A DNA stretch of 59,979 nucleotides from an uncultured Enterobacteriaceae bacterium (GCA_964523765.1 CAZFZX010000006.1:1-59979), one strand, 5' to 3'; positions 1 to 9,167 are shown, counted from the first letter of the stretch. Notes: generated by a model from the sequence alone, not told the origin. Program-made: numbers and translations.

Positions 1-180
1 TAGACGTAGCATCATGAACGTCGCCAGAGATAGTCCGAGATAAGCATGTAACAGGTATCCGAGAGTGTTCGATCCTTCTTCGGCCAATTCGCCGGTTAGA
101 AATGCGGCGATACCGAAGCCGGCCATGCCGAAATGAAGTATTTTGGCGTACAGGGGATATGAATAGTCTTGGTTCGTCAT
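1..180 (-). CDS. b-type cytochrome (cytochrome b561-like) membrane protein, N-terminal 60 aa only; the gene runs off the left edge
   Basis: Absent from the ORF track because it is open at the window edge. The reverse complement reads ATG(180-178) MTNQDYSYPLYAKILHFGMAGFGIAAFLTGELAEEGSNTLGYLLHAYLGLSLATFMMLRL. GGAGGA lies at 185-190, 4 nt upstream. Two hydrophobic helices each carry a His (ILHF, LLHAY), as in dihaem cytochromes b. Confidence 0.45.
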   Translation of the reverse strand, partial: MTNQDYSYPLYAKILHFGMAGFGIAAFLTGELAEEGSNTLGYLLHAYLGLSLATFMMLRL

Positions 181-313
181 GGTGTCCTCCTCTTTACTAC
201 TTAACCAACGGCTGAAGGGATGATGGGGCCGGACGGTAGAGAAGAAAATTGGACAAATGCCGGCAAAAGCACTTTTTTGGGCATATGCCGGAAACTTGCG
301 GGCGTCGGGGTAG

Positions 314-651
314 GGTCAAAGTTCGAAGGCGAGCGGAGGCCCCCGGCGGTCGGACAGTGAGGCTTCAGCCGGCATCCGCGGGAGTGACCTGGGGCGGGCT
401 TTGCAATACATCCATGCACACGCGTGCGAAGCCGTGACGGTTCAGGAACTGTGTAACGCGGCCGCGGTAAACCGGCGTGGCTTCAATAGCGCGTGATGAG
501 GTGCGTGGCCCCGCGGGTTTCGACCAACAACAATTTGCGGCGTGTGATAGTTTTCGTACAAATTCCTGGGGAAGGAACGAGTCGGATACCCGACGCTAAA
601 TACGCGTTCCAAAACATCGAACAGTTTCGGGTTGAAGGTCGATTGCTGGAT
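314..651 (+). pseudogene. remnant of an AraC/XylS-family regulator (C-terminal HTH region only, with stop and frameshift)
   Basis: The frame open from 314 reads ...LQYIHAHACEAVTVQELCNAAAVNRRGFNSA and stops at TGA 494-496 (first HTH-like segment). Similarity continues in another frame (493 onward): CVAPRVSTNNNLRRV...TSRIPDAKYAFQNIEQFRVEGRLLDI (second HTH-like segment). No N-terminal sensor domain fits between 181 and 314. The right end abuts repeat copy A. Confidence 0.3.
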
Positions 652-733
652 ATCACCGCCGTCATACCGGCCCCGGATCGAGTCCGGGGTGACGGGAGTT
701 GGAGTATCGATGAAAGCGGAGCATCTTTCGGAA
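652..733 (-). repeat. MITE-like hairpin repeat, short form, copy A
   Basis: Its reverse complement aligns along its whole length with 1926-2007, with about a dozen mismatches by manual alignment. It contains the hairpin CCCCGGA-TCGAG-TCCGGGG and the terminal motif CATCTTTCGGAA. Confidence 0.85.
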
Positions 734-751
734 CACCTAATCAGAGGTTCC

Positions 752-1267
752 TTAGTTCGTAATCAGATAGCGTTTCTCGTCGTTTATGAAAACAGACAAA
801 TCGTCCAGCAGTTCCCGATAATGCCCGCTGCTTCCGGGAAAAGTTTCCAGGACACCGGTGACCAGGTGCCGTAGATGTCGATCGACGAAATCCCGTTGCG
901 CCTTGACTAACGATTCCTTCGCCTGTTCGCCACCAGCAACGTGAGCCTCCCGAAAACTGAGGTAATGCATGAATTCCAGCTCCACCGTCAGGTGGTCCGG
1001 AAGTTCTGCGCGGTGGTCCCGCTTGAGGCCGAAGAACTCGTAGAAACGGGTTAACTCCTCATACAGCACTTCCTGCCCCTCGGTGGAATAGGTCGCTTCA
1101 TGCAGAGAACAGGCGCCCTGGTGTGCGCTGCATTCAAAGTTCGCGATGTACTGCAGCTGCCGCTCTTGTTTCTCGGCCGTTTCGTGCTGCGGATAGCGGA
1201 AAGCATCGGCGAAGTATTGATAGGCGGCACAACGTTGTTGTGCCACGTCGAGAAGCCCGTGCTCCAT
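752..1267 (-). CDS. TorD/NarJ/DmsD-family redox-enzyme maturation chaperone (type II DMSO-reductase-family chaperone-like)
   Basis: The internal Met of ORF 752..1363 is used: MEHGLLDVAQQRCAAYQYFADAF.... Family-like blocks are YEELTRFYEFFGL...LPDHLTVELEFMHYL and QRDFVDRHLRHLV. The ATG overlaps the stop of the upstream ORF by 1 nt (TGATG, 1265-1269). Confidence 0.6.
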   Translation of the reverse strand: MEHGLLDVAQQRCAAYQYFADAFRYPQHETAEKQERQLQYIANFECSAHQGACSLHEATYSTEGQEVLYEELTRFYEFFGLKRDHRAELPDHLTVELEFMHYLSFREAHVAGGEQAKESLVKAQRDFVDRHLRHLVTGVLETFPGSSGHYRELLDDLSVFINDEKRYLITN

Positions 1268-1884
1268 CAGACTTCCGGTAGCACCTGGTTCGTTCTTTCC
1301 AGCGTGAGTACCTCCCGCTTTTCGGCGTCCGGGTACTCCACCTCGATACCGTATTCCTGCCAACGAGAGAAAACCTTCTGCTCCAACTCAACGGGCAGTC
1401 GATACACCGGTTGAAAACGGCGGCCGCCAAGGGCCGGATCGGGATCGAAGTCCCAGTTGCGCGTCGCGTCGATTAAGATCCGGGTCCAACGGCCGGAACC
1501 GTACTTTTTGCCATTCCTTACTGCCGGATCCACGCCGGGATCAAATATGGAGCCGCCTGTAGGGCCATACAGGGTGATTCCGCCTTGGCCGGCATCTACC
1601 CGGAATGCGATCGCCCAATCGACCGCCTCCGGGTCGCGGATATCGATGTCCTGTTCGACGACGGTCACGTGCTTGAACAGCATCATCGCGATGCTGCGCG
1701 ACCAAAGTGCTGCCGCTACTTGTTGTGCGTGGCCACGGTACTGCTTGTCGATCTGAACCACCACGTTGGTACCCGATGTTTTCGCCGACAGTGCTCGCCA
1801 TACCGGGCTTTCCGGCGGCAGATAAGGGTCGATATCGTTTATTCGTTTAACCAACACAGCAATAAGGATCCTGTTAGTTGCCAA
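1267..1884 (-). pseudogene. UbiD-family (prFMN-dependent) decarboxylase, C-terminal ~205 aa fragment; the N-terminal half or more is missing
   Basis: DPYLPPE...IDKQYRGHAQQVAAALWS...FKHVTVVEQDIDIRDPEAVDWAIAFRVD...RILIDATRNW matches the C-terminal part of UbiD enzymes, which are normally about 490 aa. The only start is TTG 1884, with an in-frame TAA at 1894-1896. Repeat copy B begins at 1926. Confidence 0.65.
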
Positions 1885-1925
1885 GAAAGAGAGTTATCTC
1901 CCCACCGACTCAATCGAAATATGCG

Positions 1926-2007
1926 TTCCGAAAGATGCTTCACTTTCGTCGTTACTGCAACTGCCATCACCCCGGACTTGATCCGGGGCCCGTATGACGG
2001 TGATGAC
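1926..2007 (+). repeat. MITE-like hairpin repeat, short form, copy B
   Basis: TTCCGAAAGATGCTTCACTTTCGTCGTTACTGCAACTGCCATCACCCCGGACTTGATCCGGGGCCCGTATGACGGTGATGAC. It has the same left terminus and hairpin as copies C and D, and is inverted relative to copy A. Confidence 0.85.
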
Positions 2008-2031
2008 ATGCCGCTGTAGGGAGTCGAAACA

Positions 2032-2051
2032 TCGAAGGATGCTTTTACTTT
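2032..2051 (+). repeat. solo terminal-repeat fragment of the same element family
   Basis: TCGAAGGATGCTTTTACTTT resembles the element terminus CCGAAAGATGCTTCACTTT, 25 bp after copy B and in the same orientation. Confidence 0.35.
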
Positions 2052-2472
2052 ATTTGCAGTGCAGCATCGCGCGACAGGCAAGTCTTCATTAACTAACGGT
2101 CGGATGATCCCGTCGCCCACTATCGACCGGAACCGCCAGCAGGAGTTACTCGGTCTTTATTGATCGGACAGAACACTACCCTGCCGCGTGTACTTTCTGC
2201 AAATCCGCGAAACAAATCCGCCCCTTTTCGGTGACGAAGAGAGGCTCGGGCCACCAGAAATTTCGATTCGCTCCGGTACGCACCGATGCCGGGCATCTGC
2301 TTTTGGTGTAATATTGACCGCCGTCGTGGTTCGGTGCGACTACTTCGTTGCGTCAGCCCGACGCGTTGATTTGGGCGCATCGTCCGGCGCACGAGCCGAT
2401 CAGGATGGTTCCGTACTGCTCAATCACGGATCGTCCGATCACGAGACGGTAAACACGCAGTTGGAGGTCGAT

Positions 2473-3489
2473 ATGCTCCCCGTAGGTTATTTCCCTTGCA
2501 CTCAAGATGCGACGAACGGCGAAAATGTCGCCGGTTTGATCGCCGAGATCATCGAACAAGCCCGGTTGTGCGAGGACGTCGGTTTCGACGGATTCTATTT
2601 TGCCGAGCATCACCAACAAGATGATTGTTTTTTGCCGGCGCCGGTATTGTTAGCCGGCCTCATCGCGATGCGTACGCGGCACATTAAAGTCGGAACCTGC
2701 GTGCTGCTCGCGCCGCTGTATCATCCGATCCGGTTGGCTGAAGACATTGCCGTGATTGATTTAGCTGCCGAGGGACGTTTCGCGGCCGCCGCCGTGGGCA
2801 TCGGTTACCAGCCAAACGATTTCAACGCCTTCGGCGTATCGATAAAGGAGCGTGCGCGGCGCACCGAAGAATGCATCGAGATATTGCGTGAAGCATGGAG
2901 CGGAAAGCGTTTCAGTTACCCGGGCAGATACCACGCGTTTGAAGATATTCGGGTAAGCCCGGTCCCGTATCAACGAGGCGGGCCGCCCATCTGGCTGGCG
3001 GCGTGGTCACCGCCGGGTATGGAACGCGCCGGACGGATGGCCGATGGCTGGATCGCCGATCCGATCCAGTCGCTGCCCGTGATCAGGGATTACGCCGCCA
3101 GCTACCGGGAAACGGCGGCTGCCAACGGGCGTAAACCCTACGTCGTGCTGATGCGCGATTGTATCGTCGGGAAGGATCGGGCCGCCGTCGTTGCCAAGAG
3201 CGTGCCGACGATGACGCAGCACCGATGGTACTTTGAAAATGGCGCCTACGTACTCGATGACTATCTCAAAGACGTCGATAAGCCTGATGATCTGACTTTC
3301 GACATCTGCGCCCAAGATCGTCTGATCGCCGGTTCGCGCGAGGAATGCGTGGACCAACTTCAGATGTGGCGCGACGAAATCCAACCCGACTATCTGATCG
3401 TACGCCTGCGCCAAACCGATGGCCCGCCCCAGGCCGAGGCGCTGGAGGACATCCGAGTGTTCGGCGAAAGCATCATACCGCGGCTTTAA
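2473..3489 (+). CDS. LLM-class (luciferase-like) flavin-dependent oxidoreductase
   Basis: The internal ATG of ORF 2188..3489 has GGAGG at 2463-2467. MLPVGYF...EDVGFDGFYFAEHH...GRFAAAAVGIGYQPNDF...PPIWLAAWSP is typical of LLM proteins. Confidence 0.8.
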   Translation: MLPVGYFPCTQDATNGENVAGLIAEIIEQARLCEDVGFDGFYFAEHHQQDDCFLPAPVLLAGLIAMRTRHIKVGTCVLLAPLYHPIRLAEDIAVIDLAAEGRFAAAAVGIGYQPNDFNAFGVSIKERARRTEECIEILREAWSGKRFSYPGRYHAFEDIRVSPVPYQRGGPPIWLAAWSPPGMERAGRMADGWIADPIQSLPVIRDYAASYRETAAANGRKPYVVLMRDCIVGKDRAAVVAKSVPTMTQHRWYFENGAYVLDDYLKDVDKPDDLTFDICAQDRLIAGSREECVDQLQMWRDEIQPDYLIVRLRQTDGPPQAEALEDIRVFGESIIPRL

Positions 3490-3609
3490 GTTACTGTTCC
3501 GGGTCAGGCGCGGATAGGTGATAGCAAACGTCGCGTACGATAACGTTACTCCTGTGGCCCCGAAGTACGGTCTGTTTCGGCTCGAGTGTTTTAGGTTCGG
3601 AGAGGTGAC

Positions 3610-4362
3610 GTGAACGAGGTAGAAAGCGAAAGGGTGGACGGCTGCGTCCGGATCCGCTTATCGTCCGGCGCTACGAATATGCTGACCACCGATGTCATCA
3701 GGGCCCTGTCGGCGGCGCTTGAAGATGCCGAACGTGCTGCCCAAGGTGTGATGCTATGTGGAGGCGAAAAGTTCTTCTCCAATGGCGTCGATCTTGAATG
3801 GGCTCTGTCGCAGTCGAGTACGGAAATACGCACCATGTTTCTTGCCCTGGGCCACTGCATCCTAAAGGTCATGGAATCTCCGTTGCCTGTCGTCGGCGTC
3901 ATCAAAGGACATGCCATTGGCGGGGCGATGGCGCTACTTCTCGTCTGTGATTATCGATACGGGGCTACCGGGCGAGTGCTGCTCGGTAAACCCGAAATTC
4001 TGCTCGGCGTTCCTAATCCCTACTTTGGCGACCAATTACTGCGCTTCGTCGCAGGGGACTTTATTGCCTCGGACCTGATTTACAGCGGGAGGCTGGTCAC
4101 GGCCGATGAAGCCACCGCGCTTGAGCTGATCCACGGCGTCGAGAGGAAAGACGAAATTGAAGCCGTTGCATGGCAACAGCTAATGTTCCTTAGCGGCCTC
4201 GCCCCGGAAGCATTTGCTGAGTCGAAACGAATGCGAACGGGACGCTTTTGCTCCGATGTCCGAGAGCAGATGTCGGCGCGTGTCGCGCGCCAAGTAGAGA
4301 TCTGGAGCAGCGAAGACGCCCAGGCCAGGTTACGCGACGCCGCGAAGCGGCTTTCTCGCTGA
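3610..4362 (+). CDS. enoyl-CoA hydratase/isomerase (crotonase) family protein
   Basis: GTG start with GAGAGG upstream. VRIRLSSGATNMLT...MLCGGEKFFSNGVDL...VIKGHAIGGAMALLLVCDYR is the crotonase fold signature. Confidence 0.75.
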   Translation: MNEVESERVDGCVRIRLSSGATNMLTTDVIRALSAALEDAERAAQGVMLCGGEKFFSNGVDLEWALSQSSTEIRTMFLALGHCILKVMESPLPVVGVIKGHAIGGAMALLLVCDYRYGATGRVLLGKPEILLGVPNPYFGDQLLRFVAGDFIASDLIYSGRLVTADEATALELIHGVERKDEIEAVAWQQLMFLSGLAPEAFAESKRMRTGRFCSDVREQMSARVARQVEIWSSEDAQARLRDAAKRLSR

Positions 4363-4775
4363 CGAATTCGGCGGGGCAGCGGAAACTTTTTCGATACTAT
4401 TTAGGGAACCTCTGATTAATTCATGGAACGTCGCCTTGCGCCCAAAATGGCCCAGGTATGCGTTGCGGCGCTTGCCAATAGTCCGGGCTGTTACCTGCGA
4501 TCCGCGCCTTGACCTGAACAATTTTGAGACCGCTTCTAGATAGTGTTGCCGCCCAACAACTCGAGCATAGATCCGGCCGGCAAGTAAAGACCAAGATACC
4601 TTGTAGACGGATGGAGCCTTTTTCAGCCGCGCATACAGACAGGTGGGCGTCGGTTGCCAAGGGCGCTACCGCGATGCAACATGGGCTGGCCGAGACCGGC
4701 TCAAGGTTCGTGGAGTGGAATTCCAACGAGCTTTGAATACGCTCAACCAGCGTCAATCCGTGCTAGGAGAAAAAA

Positions 4776-5639
4776 GTGGTACAACTCATCGACAGCGATA
4801 TCCAAACCCGTGAAGTACTCGACTGGCGGGGTCTGCATCTTCTGCACCATCCGGCATCATCGTGCTCGAAGAAGACCCGGATCTTCCTAAACGTCAAGGG
4901 GATCGACTGGGAGTCAAACGTCGTCGACATCTTTGGCGGCGAGAACTACGGCGAGTGGTTTTTGGGGATCAATCCTCGTGGCCTAGTGCCGGTCTTAGTA
5001 GACGATGGTGCCGTGCACATCGAGAGCAACGACATCCTCATGGTTCTGGAGCAGAAGTTTCCCGAGCCCAGTCTGATCCCGGCGGGCGGGAAATCAGAAA
5101 TGGAGGTATTGCTTAAACACGAAGACGACCTTCACCTCGATCTGCGAACCTTGAGTTTTCGATTTCTTTTTGTCCGCGAAGGTCCGCCGAAAGCTCCCGA
5201 AGCCCTCGCGCGGTATCGTAATACGGGGTCCGGCACCGTGCGGGGTGAGCAAGATCCGGAGAAAGCGGTGCAGATCGATTTCTGGGAAACGGTCGCACGG
5301 GATGGAATAGCGGACGAAGCCGCGCGGCGCTCCGCGTTGAAATTCCGCGATGCTTTCACGGAACTCGAAGAGCGCCTTGGTGATAATCGCTACCTACTCG
5401 GAAGTGCCCTGAGCGTGCTAGACATTGCCTGGTTCATCTATGCCGATCGTTTGATGCTGACAGGCTATCCGATCGCCGCGCTACATCCTCGGATCGGCAA
5501 CTGGTTCGAGCAATTCCGGGATCGCCCGGAGTTCGCTAAAGAGGTTGAAATGCCGGGCGATGCCAAGAACATGCTCGCAGCAGCACGCCGCGAACAGGAA
5601 AAAACAGGGAAGACCTTGAGCGAGGTTGCGGGGTTTTGA
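4776..5639 (+). CDS. glutathione S-transferase family protein
   Basis: GTG start after AGGAGA. The N-terminal thioredoxin-like part contains INPRGLVPVLVDDGAVHIESNDIL, followed by a helical C-terminal domain. Confidence 0.7.
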   Translation: MVQLIDSDIQTREVLDWRGLHLLHHPASSCSKKTRIFLNVKGIDWESNVVDIFGGENYGEWFLGINPRGLVPVLVDDGAVHIESNDILMVLEQKFPEPSLIPAGGKSEMEVLLKHEDDLHLDLRTLSFRFLFVREGPPKAPEALARYRNTGSGTVRGEQDPEKAVQIDFWETVARDGIADEAARRSALKFRDAFTELEERLGDNRYLLGSALSVLDIAWFIYADRLMLTGYPIAALHPRIGNWFEQFRDRPEFAKEVEMPGDAKNMLAAARREQEKTGKTLSEVAGF

Positions 5640-5716
5640 ACTTTTTTACCAGTGGACGAATGGTGCCGGAGTTGACTTATTCACCCACCGGTCGCCGCAA
5701 AAACCGCTTCCAATGA

Positions 5717-6223
5717 CTACTTGGGAGTCAATACTATCAGAGGAATCTGGCGAGCGCCGGCACGCTTCTTATAGGGCGCAAACCCGCTGTACAGTTCGAG
5801 TGCCATTTCCCACAGCCGGTCGTGTTCACTATCCATCGCTTCACGAGCCAAGTAGGTTCCACTGCATCCATGACACAGTACATCCACCTCCGGATTAGTC
5901 TTGAGGTTGTAATACCAGCCAGGGTGCTGTGGCTTCCCGCCATGAGAGGCCATCAAGATAATGTCGTCACCTTCAACTAAATAGAGGAGCGCCGCCTCGC
6001 GTGGTTTACCGCTGCGCGCACCTTTTGTCGTCAGCAATAGGGATGGAATTGTTCGGGTGAGGGTCCCTGCGCTTAATCGTCCCCCGCTCAGCTTCAGCAG
6101 AACAGGATCGATGTGCGTAATAACATTGAGGATGAGCCAGGTGCCCGGTCGGCTCGATAGCATGGCCTCGTTCAATCGTTTCCACCATGAACGCTTTTGT
6201 GATCGGGTAATCAAATTTTCCAT
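5717..6223 (-). CDS. nitroreductase-family deazaflavin-dependent oxidoreductase (DUF385-like)
   Basis: LLLTTKGARSGKPREAALLYLVEGDDIILMASHGGKPQHPGWYYNLKTNPEV is the characteristic core of this family. Confidence 0.75.
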   Translation of the reverse strand: MENLITRSQKRSWWKRLNEAMLSSRPGTWLILNVITHIDPVLLKLSGGRLSAGTLTRTIPSLLLTTKGARSGKPREAALLYLVEGDDIILMASHGGKPQHPGWYYNLKTNPEVDVLCHGCSGTYLAREAMDSEHDRLWEMALELYSGFAPYKKRAGARQIPLIVLTPK

Positions 6224-6437
6224 CGGCTCGATTACTCCTTATGCTGAGGAAAGCGATCCGGACGAATGGTGCCGCGCACGCGCTCGGTTACCCGCAGCGG
6301 GCGGACCGCCGATCGTCGCACCGACGCCGTTACGAAACGTTTGATTGAAATCATCGAACTCGCACCGGAAGACGAATAGTCGTCGCCGATCGGGAACGGC
6401 AGTTCGCAATGCCCGAATCGTACCCGGGCCTTGAGTT

Positions 6438-6932
6438 TCAGAAAAGCCGAAATTGCCCACCCGCCTCTACCAAGGTCCGGTAGTCCGCCAGCCACCGATC
6501 CCCCCACCAGTTCGCGTTTGCCTCGGAATTGCGCTGCTCGAGCTGGCCGGAGTCGCTCAGAAAATGAAAGCATTCGTGACTCAGTGTGTGTACGGCGCAT
6601 TCCTCGAGATCGTCGAAATGAAACGTTTGTTCGCCCGAATACCATCCTTGGCTGTGACGGGCGGACGGGACCCGCCCCCAATGCTCGTAGGCGAACGGCG
6701 GTGCCATGAGTACGTTGACACTGGCACGGATCCGGTAGCCATATTCGACGCGGCGTCCCGGGGTCTCCCCGGGAAATGTACATTCGCCGTGCAGCAGTAC
6801 TGTTTTTTCGAGCGGCAGCAACTTGACCCAGTCGAGCCCCGATGTGTCGTAGGTAGCCAGCTTCTGGTCTATGTAAGCGAATACGTGGGGCATCCCCACT
6901 TTGTCGATGATCGCGTAGTTGCAGTTTGTCAA
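6438..6932 (-). CDS. hypothetical protein with an HExxH (HECFH) motif
   Basis: 164-aa ORF with ordinary amino-acid composition, unlike the overlapping Arg/Pro-rich shadow ORFs. It contains LSHECFHFL. The start is uncertain: TTG 6932 or ATG 6893. Confidence 0.5.
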   Translation of the reverse strand: MTNCNYAIIDKVGMPHVFAYIDQKLATYDTSGLDWVKLLPLEKTVLLHGECTFPGETPGRRVEYGYRIRASVNVLMAPPFAYEHWGRVPSARHSQGWYSGEQTFHFDDLEECAVHTLSHECFHFLSDSGQLEQRNSEANANWWGDRWLADYRTLVEAGGQFRLF

Positions 6933-7137
6933 CGACGTTGGGGTCGAAGCAGTTCTTGGAAATGGCCGCGCCGATCTCTACATGAGCCTTTCATGGCGAG
7001 ACATTATAGAACGCCTAAGCAAACCTCTGCATTGTGCTCGCAAATCTCGGCGCTCCGGATCGCCGGGGCTGTCAATTTTGTCTGTTGCCTGCGATTATGC
7101 GAGCCGACTTGGCCGGACGCTACGCGAAAGGAGCCTG

Positions 7138-8316
7138 ATGAAACCGATCGCAGACATCGCTCGCAAACAGGCGCGCTACACCGCGTGGCGGCGTGACCTT
7201 CACGCCCATCCGGAACCGGCGTACGAAGAACACCGCACGGCGGATTTCGTTGCCGAAAAGCTCACCGAATTCGGGATCTCTTTCGAGACCGGTATCGGGC
7301 GTACCGGAGTGGTCGCGACCATTCGCAACGGCGCCAGCGGCCGAACCATCGGCTTGCGCGCCGATATGGATGCCCTGCACCTGCAGGAATTGAATGAATT
7401 CGACCACCGCTCGACTAACGACGGCGTCATGCACGCCTGTGGTCACGACGGGCACACGACGATGCTGCTCGCGGCGGCGGAGTATCTTGTCGATAGCGCT
7501 CGGTTCGATGGTACGGTGCACCTTGTCTTTCAGCCGGCCGAGGAAGGTGAAGCGGGCGCGAAAGCGATGATGGACGACGGCCTGTTCGAACGGTTCCCGA
7601 TGGATGCAGTCTACGGCATGCATAACTGGCCGGGGTACCCGGTCGGCAAGATGGCGACACGGAGCGGCCCGATCATGGCGGCGATGGACGTATTCGAGGT
7701 AACGGTCATCGGCCGCGGCGGGCACGGGGCACTGCCGCATCTCACCGTCGATCCAATTCTCGTCGCCGCGCAGCTCGTTACCCAATGGCAAGGGATTGTT
7801 TCGCGCAACGTCAATCCTATCGATGCAGCGGTCGTTTCGGTCACTCAGTTCCACGCCGGCGACGCGTGGGCAGTGATCCCGAACGAGGTCGTGTTACGCG
7901 GCACGGTGCGATCGTTCAAGCCGGAGACGCGCGCGATGCTGCAGGAGAGAATGAAACAACTTAGCGCCGGTATCTGCTCCGGGAACGATTGTGACTATGA
8001 ATGGTGGTACGAACACCGCTTCCCGCCGACGGTGAATTCGGAGCAGGAAACGCGGGCGGCGGCGGCAGCGGCGACGGCGCTTGTAGGCGATGTCAATTTT
8101 GACCACGAAGTAGAACCGTCGACCGGTTCGGAAGATTTCGGTTATCTATTGGAAGAGAAGCCCGGTTGCTACATTCTCATCGGCAACGGGTCCAGCGATA
8201 ACGATCGCCTGTTACACAATCCCCATTACGACTTCAACGACGAGATTATTCCGATCGGCGCGAGCTATTGGGTCGGGCTGGTCGAACAGGAACTCGCAGC
8301 GGGACGCGGGCTATGA
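7138..8316 (+). CDS. M20-family amidohydrolase (hippurate hydrolase / N-acyl-amino-acid amidohydrolase-like)
   Basis: Internal ATG with AAAGGAG at 7127-7133. WRRDLHAHPEPAYEEHRTADFVAEKL...ADMDALH...MHACGHDGH...FQPAEEG are M20 peptidase motifs. Confidence 0.85.
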   Translation: MKPIADIARKQARYTAWRRDLHAHPEPAYEEHRTADFVAEKLTEFGISFETGIGRTGVVATIRNGASGRTIGLRADMDALHLQELNEFDHRSTNDGVMHACGHDGHTTMLLAAAEYLVDSARFDGTVHLVFQPAEEGEAGAKAMMDDGLFERFPMDAVYGMHNWPGYPVGKMATRSGPIMAAMDVFEVTVIGRGGHGALPHLTVDPILVAAQLVTQWQGIVSRNVNPIDAAVVSVTQFHAGDAWAVIPNEVVLRGTVRSFKPETRAMLQERMKQLSAGICSGNDCDYEWWYEHRFPPTVNSEQETRAAAAAATALVGDVNFDHEVEPSTGSEDFGYLLEEKPGCYILIGNGSSDNDRLLHNPHYDFNDEIIPIGASYWVGLVEQELAAGRGL

Positions 8317-9167
8317 CGAAACGATTGGAGACGACGGTATTCGTCGATGGTTACATTTTTCTCGAAGGCCCGCGATGGCACGCGGGGCGGTTGTGGGTGT
8401 CTGACATCTGGGCGCATAGAGTCTACGGGATCACCGAAGACGGCCGGGCCGAAGTCGCCGCCGAAGTACCGGCCCGGCCCTCCGGGCTGGGGTTTCTCCC
8501 GGACGGGACGCCGCTGATCGTCTCCATGCAGGATCACCGGATCGTTAAGCTCGTCGGCGGCGCGCTCGCGCTGCATGCCGATATCGGTAACGACGTGCGC
8601 GCAGACCTCAACGACATGGTGGTCGACGACACCGGCCGCGCTTATGTCGGCAACATGGGCTACGATTTCTTCGCCGGCGCCGAACCCGAGCAGGCGGAAA
8701 TCACACTGGTCGACACCGACGGCTCGCACCGGTGTGTCGCGGAAGGTCTCGATTTTCCGAACGGGATGGTGATCAAGGATGAGGGCTCGACCTTGGTGGT
8801 CGCCGAATCGTTCGGGGCGCGACTTACGGCCTTCGATCGGAGCCCTGACGGGAGTTTGAGCAACCGCAGAGTTTACGCTGATCTCGAGGGATTGATCCCG
8901 GACGGAATGTGCCTGGATCAAGACGGAAATATCTGGGTCGGGGGTGCCATGGGCGGCGAATTCGTACACGTCGATGCGCACGGAAAGGTCGTCGCGCGCA
9001 TCGACGTTAAACCCGATGCCGCGATTGCTTGCCAGCTCGGCGGCGCCGATGGGCGCACGCTGTATTGCCTCATTTACGGCGGTGGAATGGAGGAGTTGTC
9101 GCGCGGCGAGCCCGGTGCGCGGATCGAAACCGTACGGGTCGAATCACCAGCCGCCGGATCACCGTGA
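8313..9167 (+). CDS. SMP-30/gluconolactonase/LRE-family beta-propeller protein
   Basis: The ATG overlaps the upstream stop (ATGA 8313-8316). FLEGPRWHAGRLWVSD...NDMVVDDTGRAYVG...DFPNGMV...PDGMCLDQDGNIWVG. Confidence 0.8.
   Translation: MTKRLETTVFVDGYIFLEGPRWHAGRLWVSDIWAHRVYGITEDGRAEVAAEVPARPSGLGFLPDGTPLIVSMQDHRIVKLVGGALALHADIGNDVRADLNDMVVDDTGRAYVGNMGYDFFAGAEPEQAEITLVDTDGSHRCVAEGLDFPNGMVIKDEGSTLVVAESFGARLTAFDRSPDGSLSNRRVYADLEGLIPDGMCLDQDGNIWVGGAMGGEFVHVDAHGKVVARIDVKPDAAIACQLGGADGRTLYCLIYGGGMEELSRGEPGARIETVRVESPAAGSP

Noticed and set aside
738-751. A 14-nt match, TAATCAGAGGTTCC (738-751), with its reverse complement GGAACCTCTGATTA at 4405-4418. Both copies are intergenic or at a gene end, and one is adjacent to repeat copy A.
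   Set aside because: It might be another short repeat. However, several 14-mer matches are expected by chance in 60 kb when both strands are considered, and the flanks diverge quickly. The support is insufficient.
2188-2472. N-terminal extensions of several genes in the track: 2188..2472 for the LLM, 6919..7137 for M20, 8268..8312 for SMP-30, 16342..16404 for the XDH medium subunit, 53783..53818 for the CoA-transferase and 56187..56423 for the second LLM.
   Set aside because: The internal starts have Shine-Dalgarno-like sequences and give N-termini typical of the families. The extensions are compositionally aberrant or overlap upstream genes.
4363-4775. A 412-bp gap containing ORFs 4421..4756(-) and 4524..4736(+).
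   Set aside because: Neither translation shows family motifs or convincing composition, and the two overlap each other. The gap is probably non-coding or a degraded remnant, and I cannot decide between these without a search.
6232-7196. Long ORFs 6232..6783(-), 6453..7196(+) and 6239..6460(-), which overlap the HExxH gene and the region upstream of the M20 gene.
   Set aside because: They are Arg/Pro/Gly-rich with low complexity, lie antisense or out of frame to better-supported genes, and have no recognisable motifs. These are typical shadow ORFs of GC-rich DNA.
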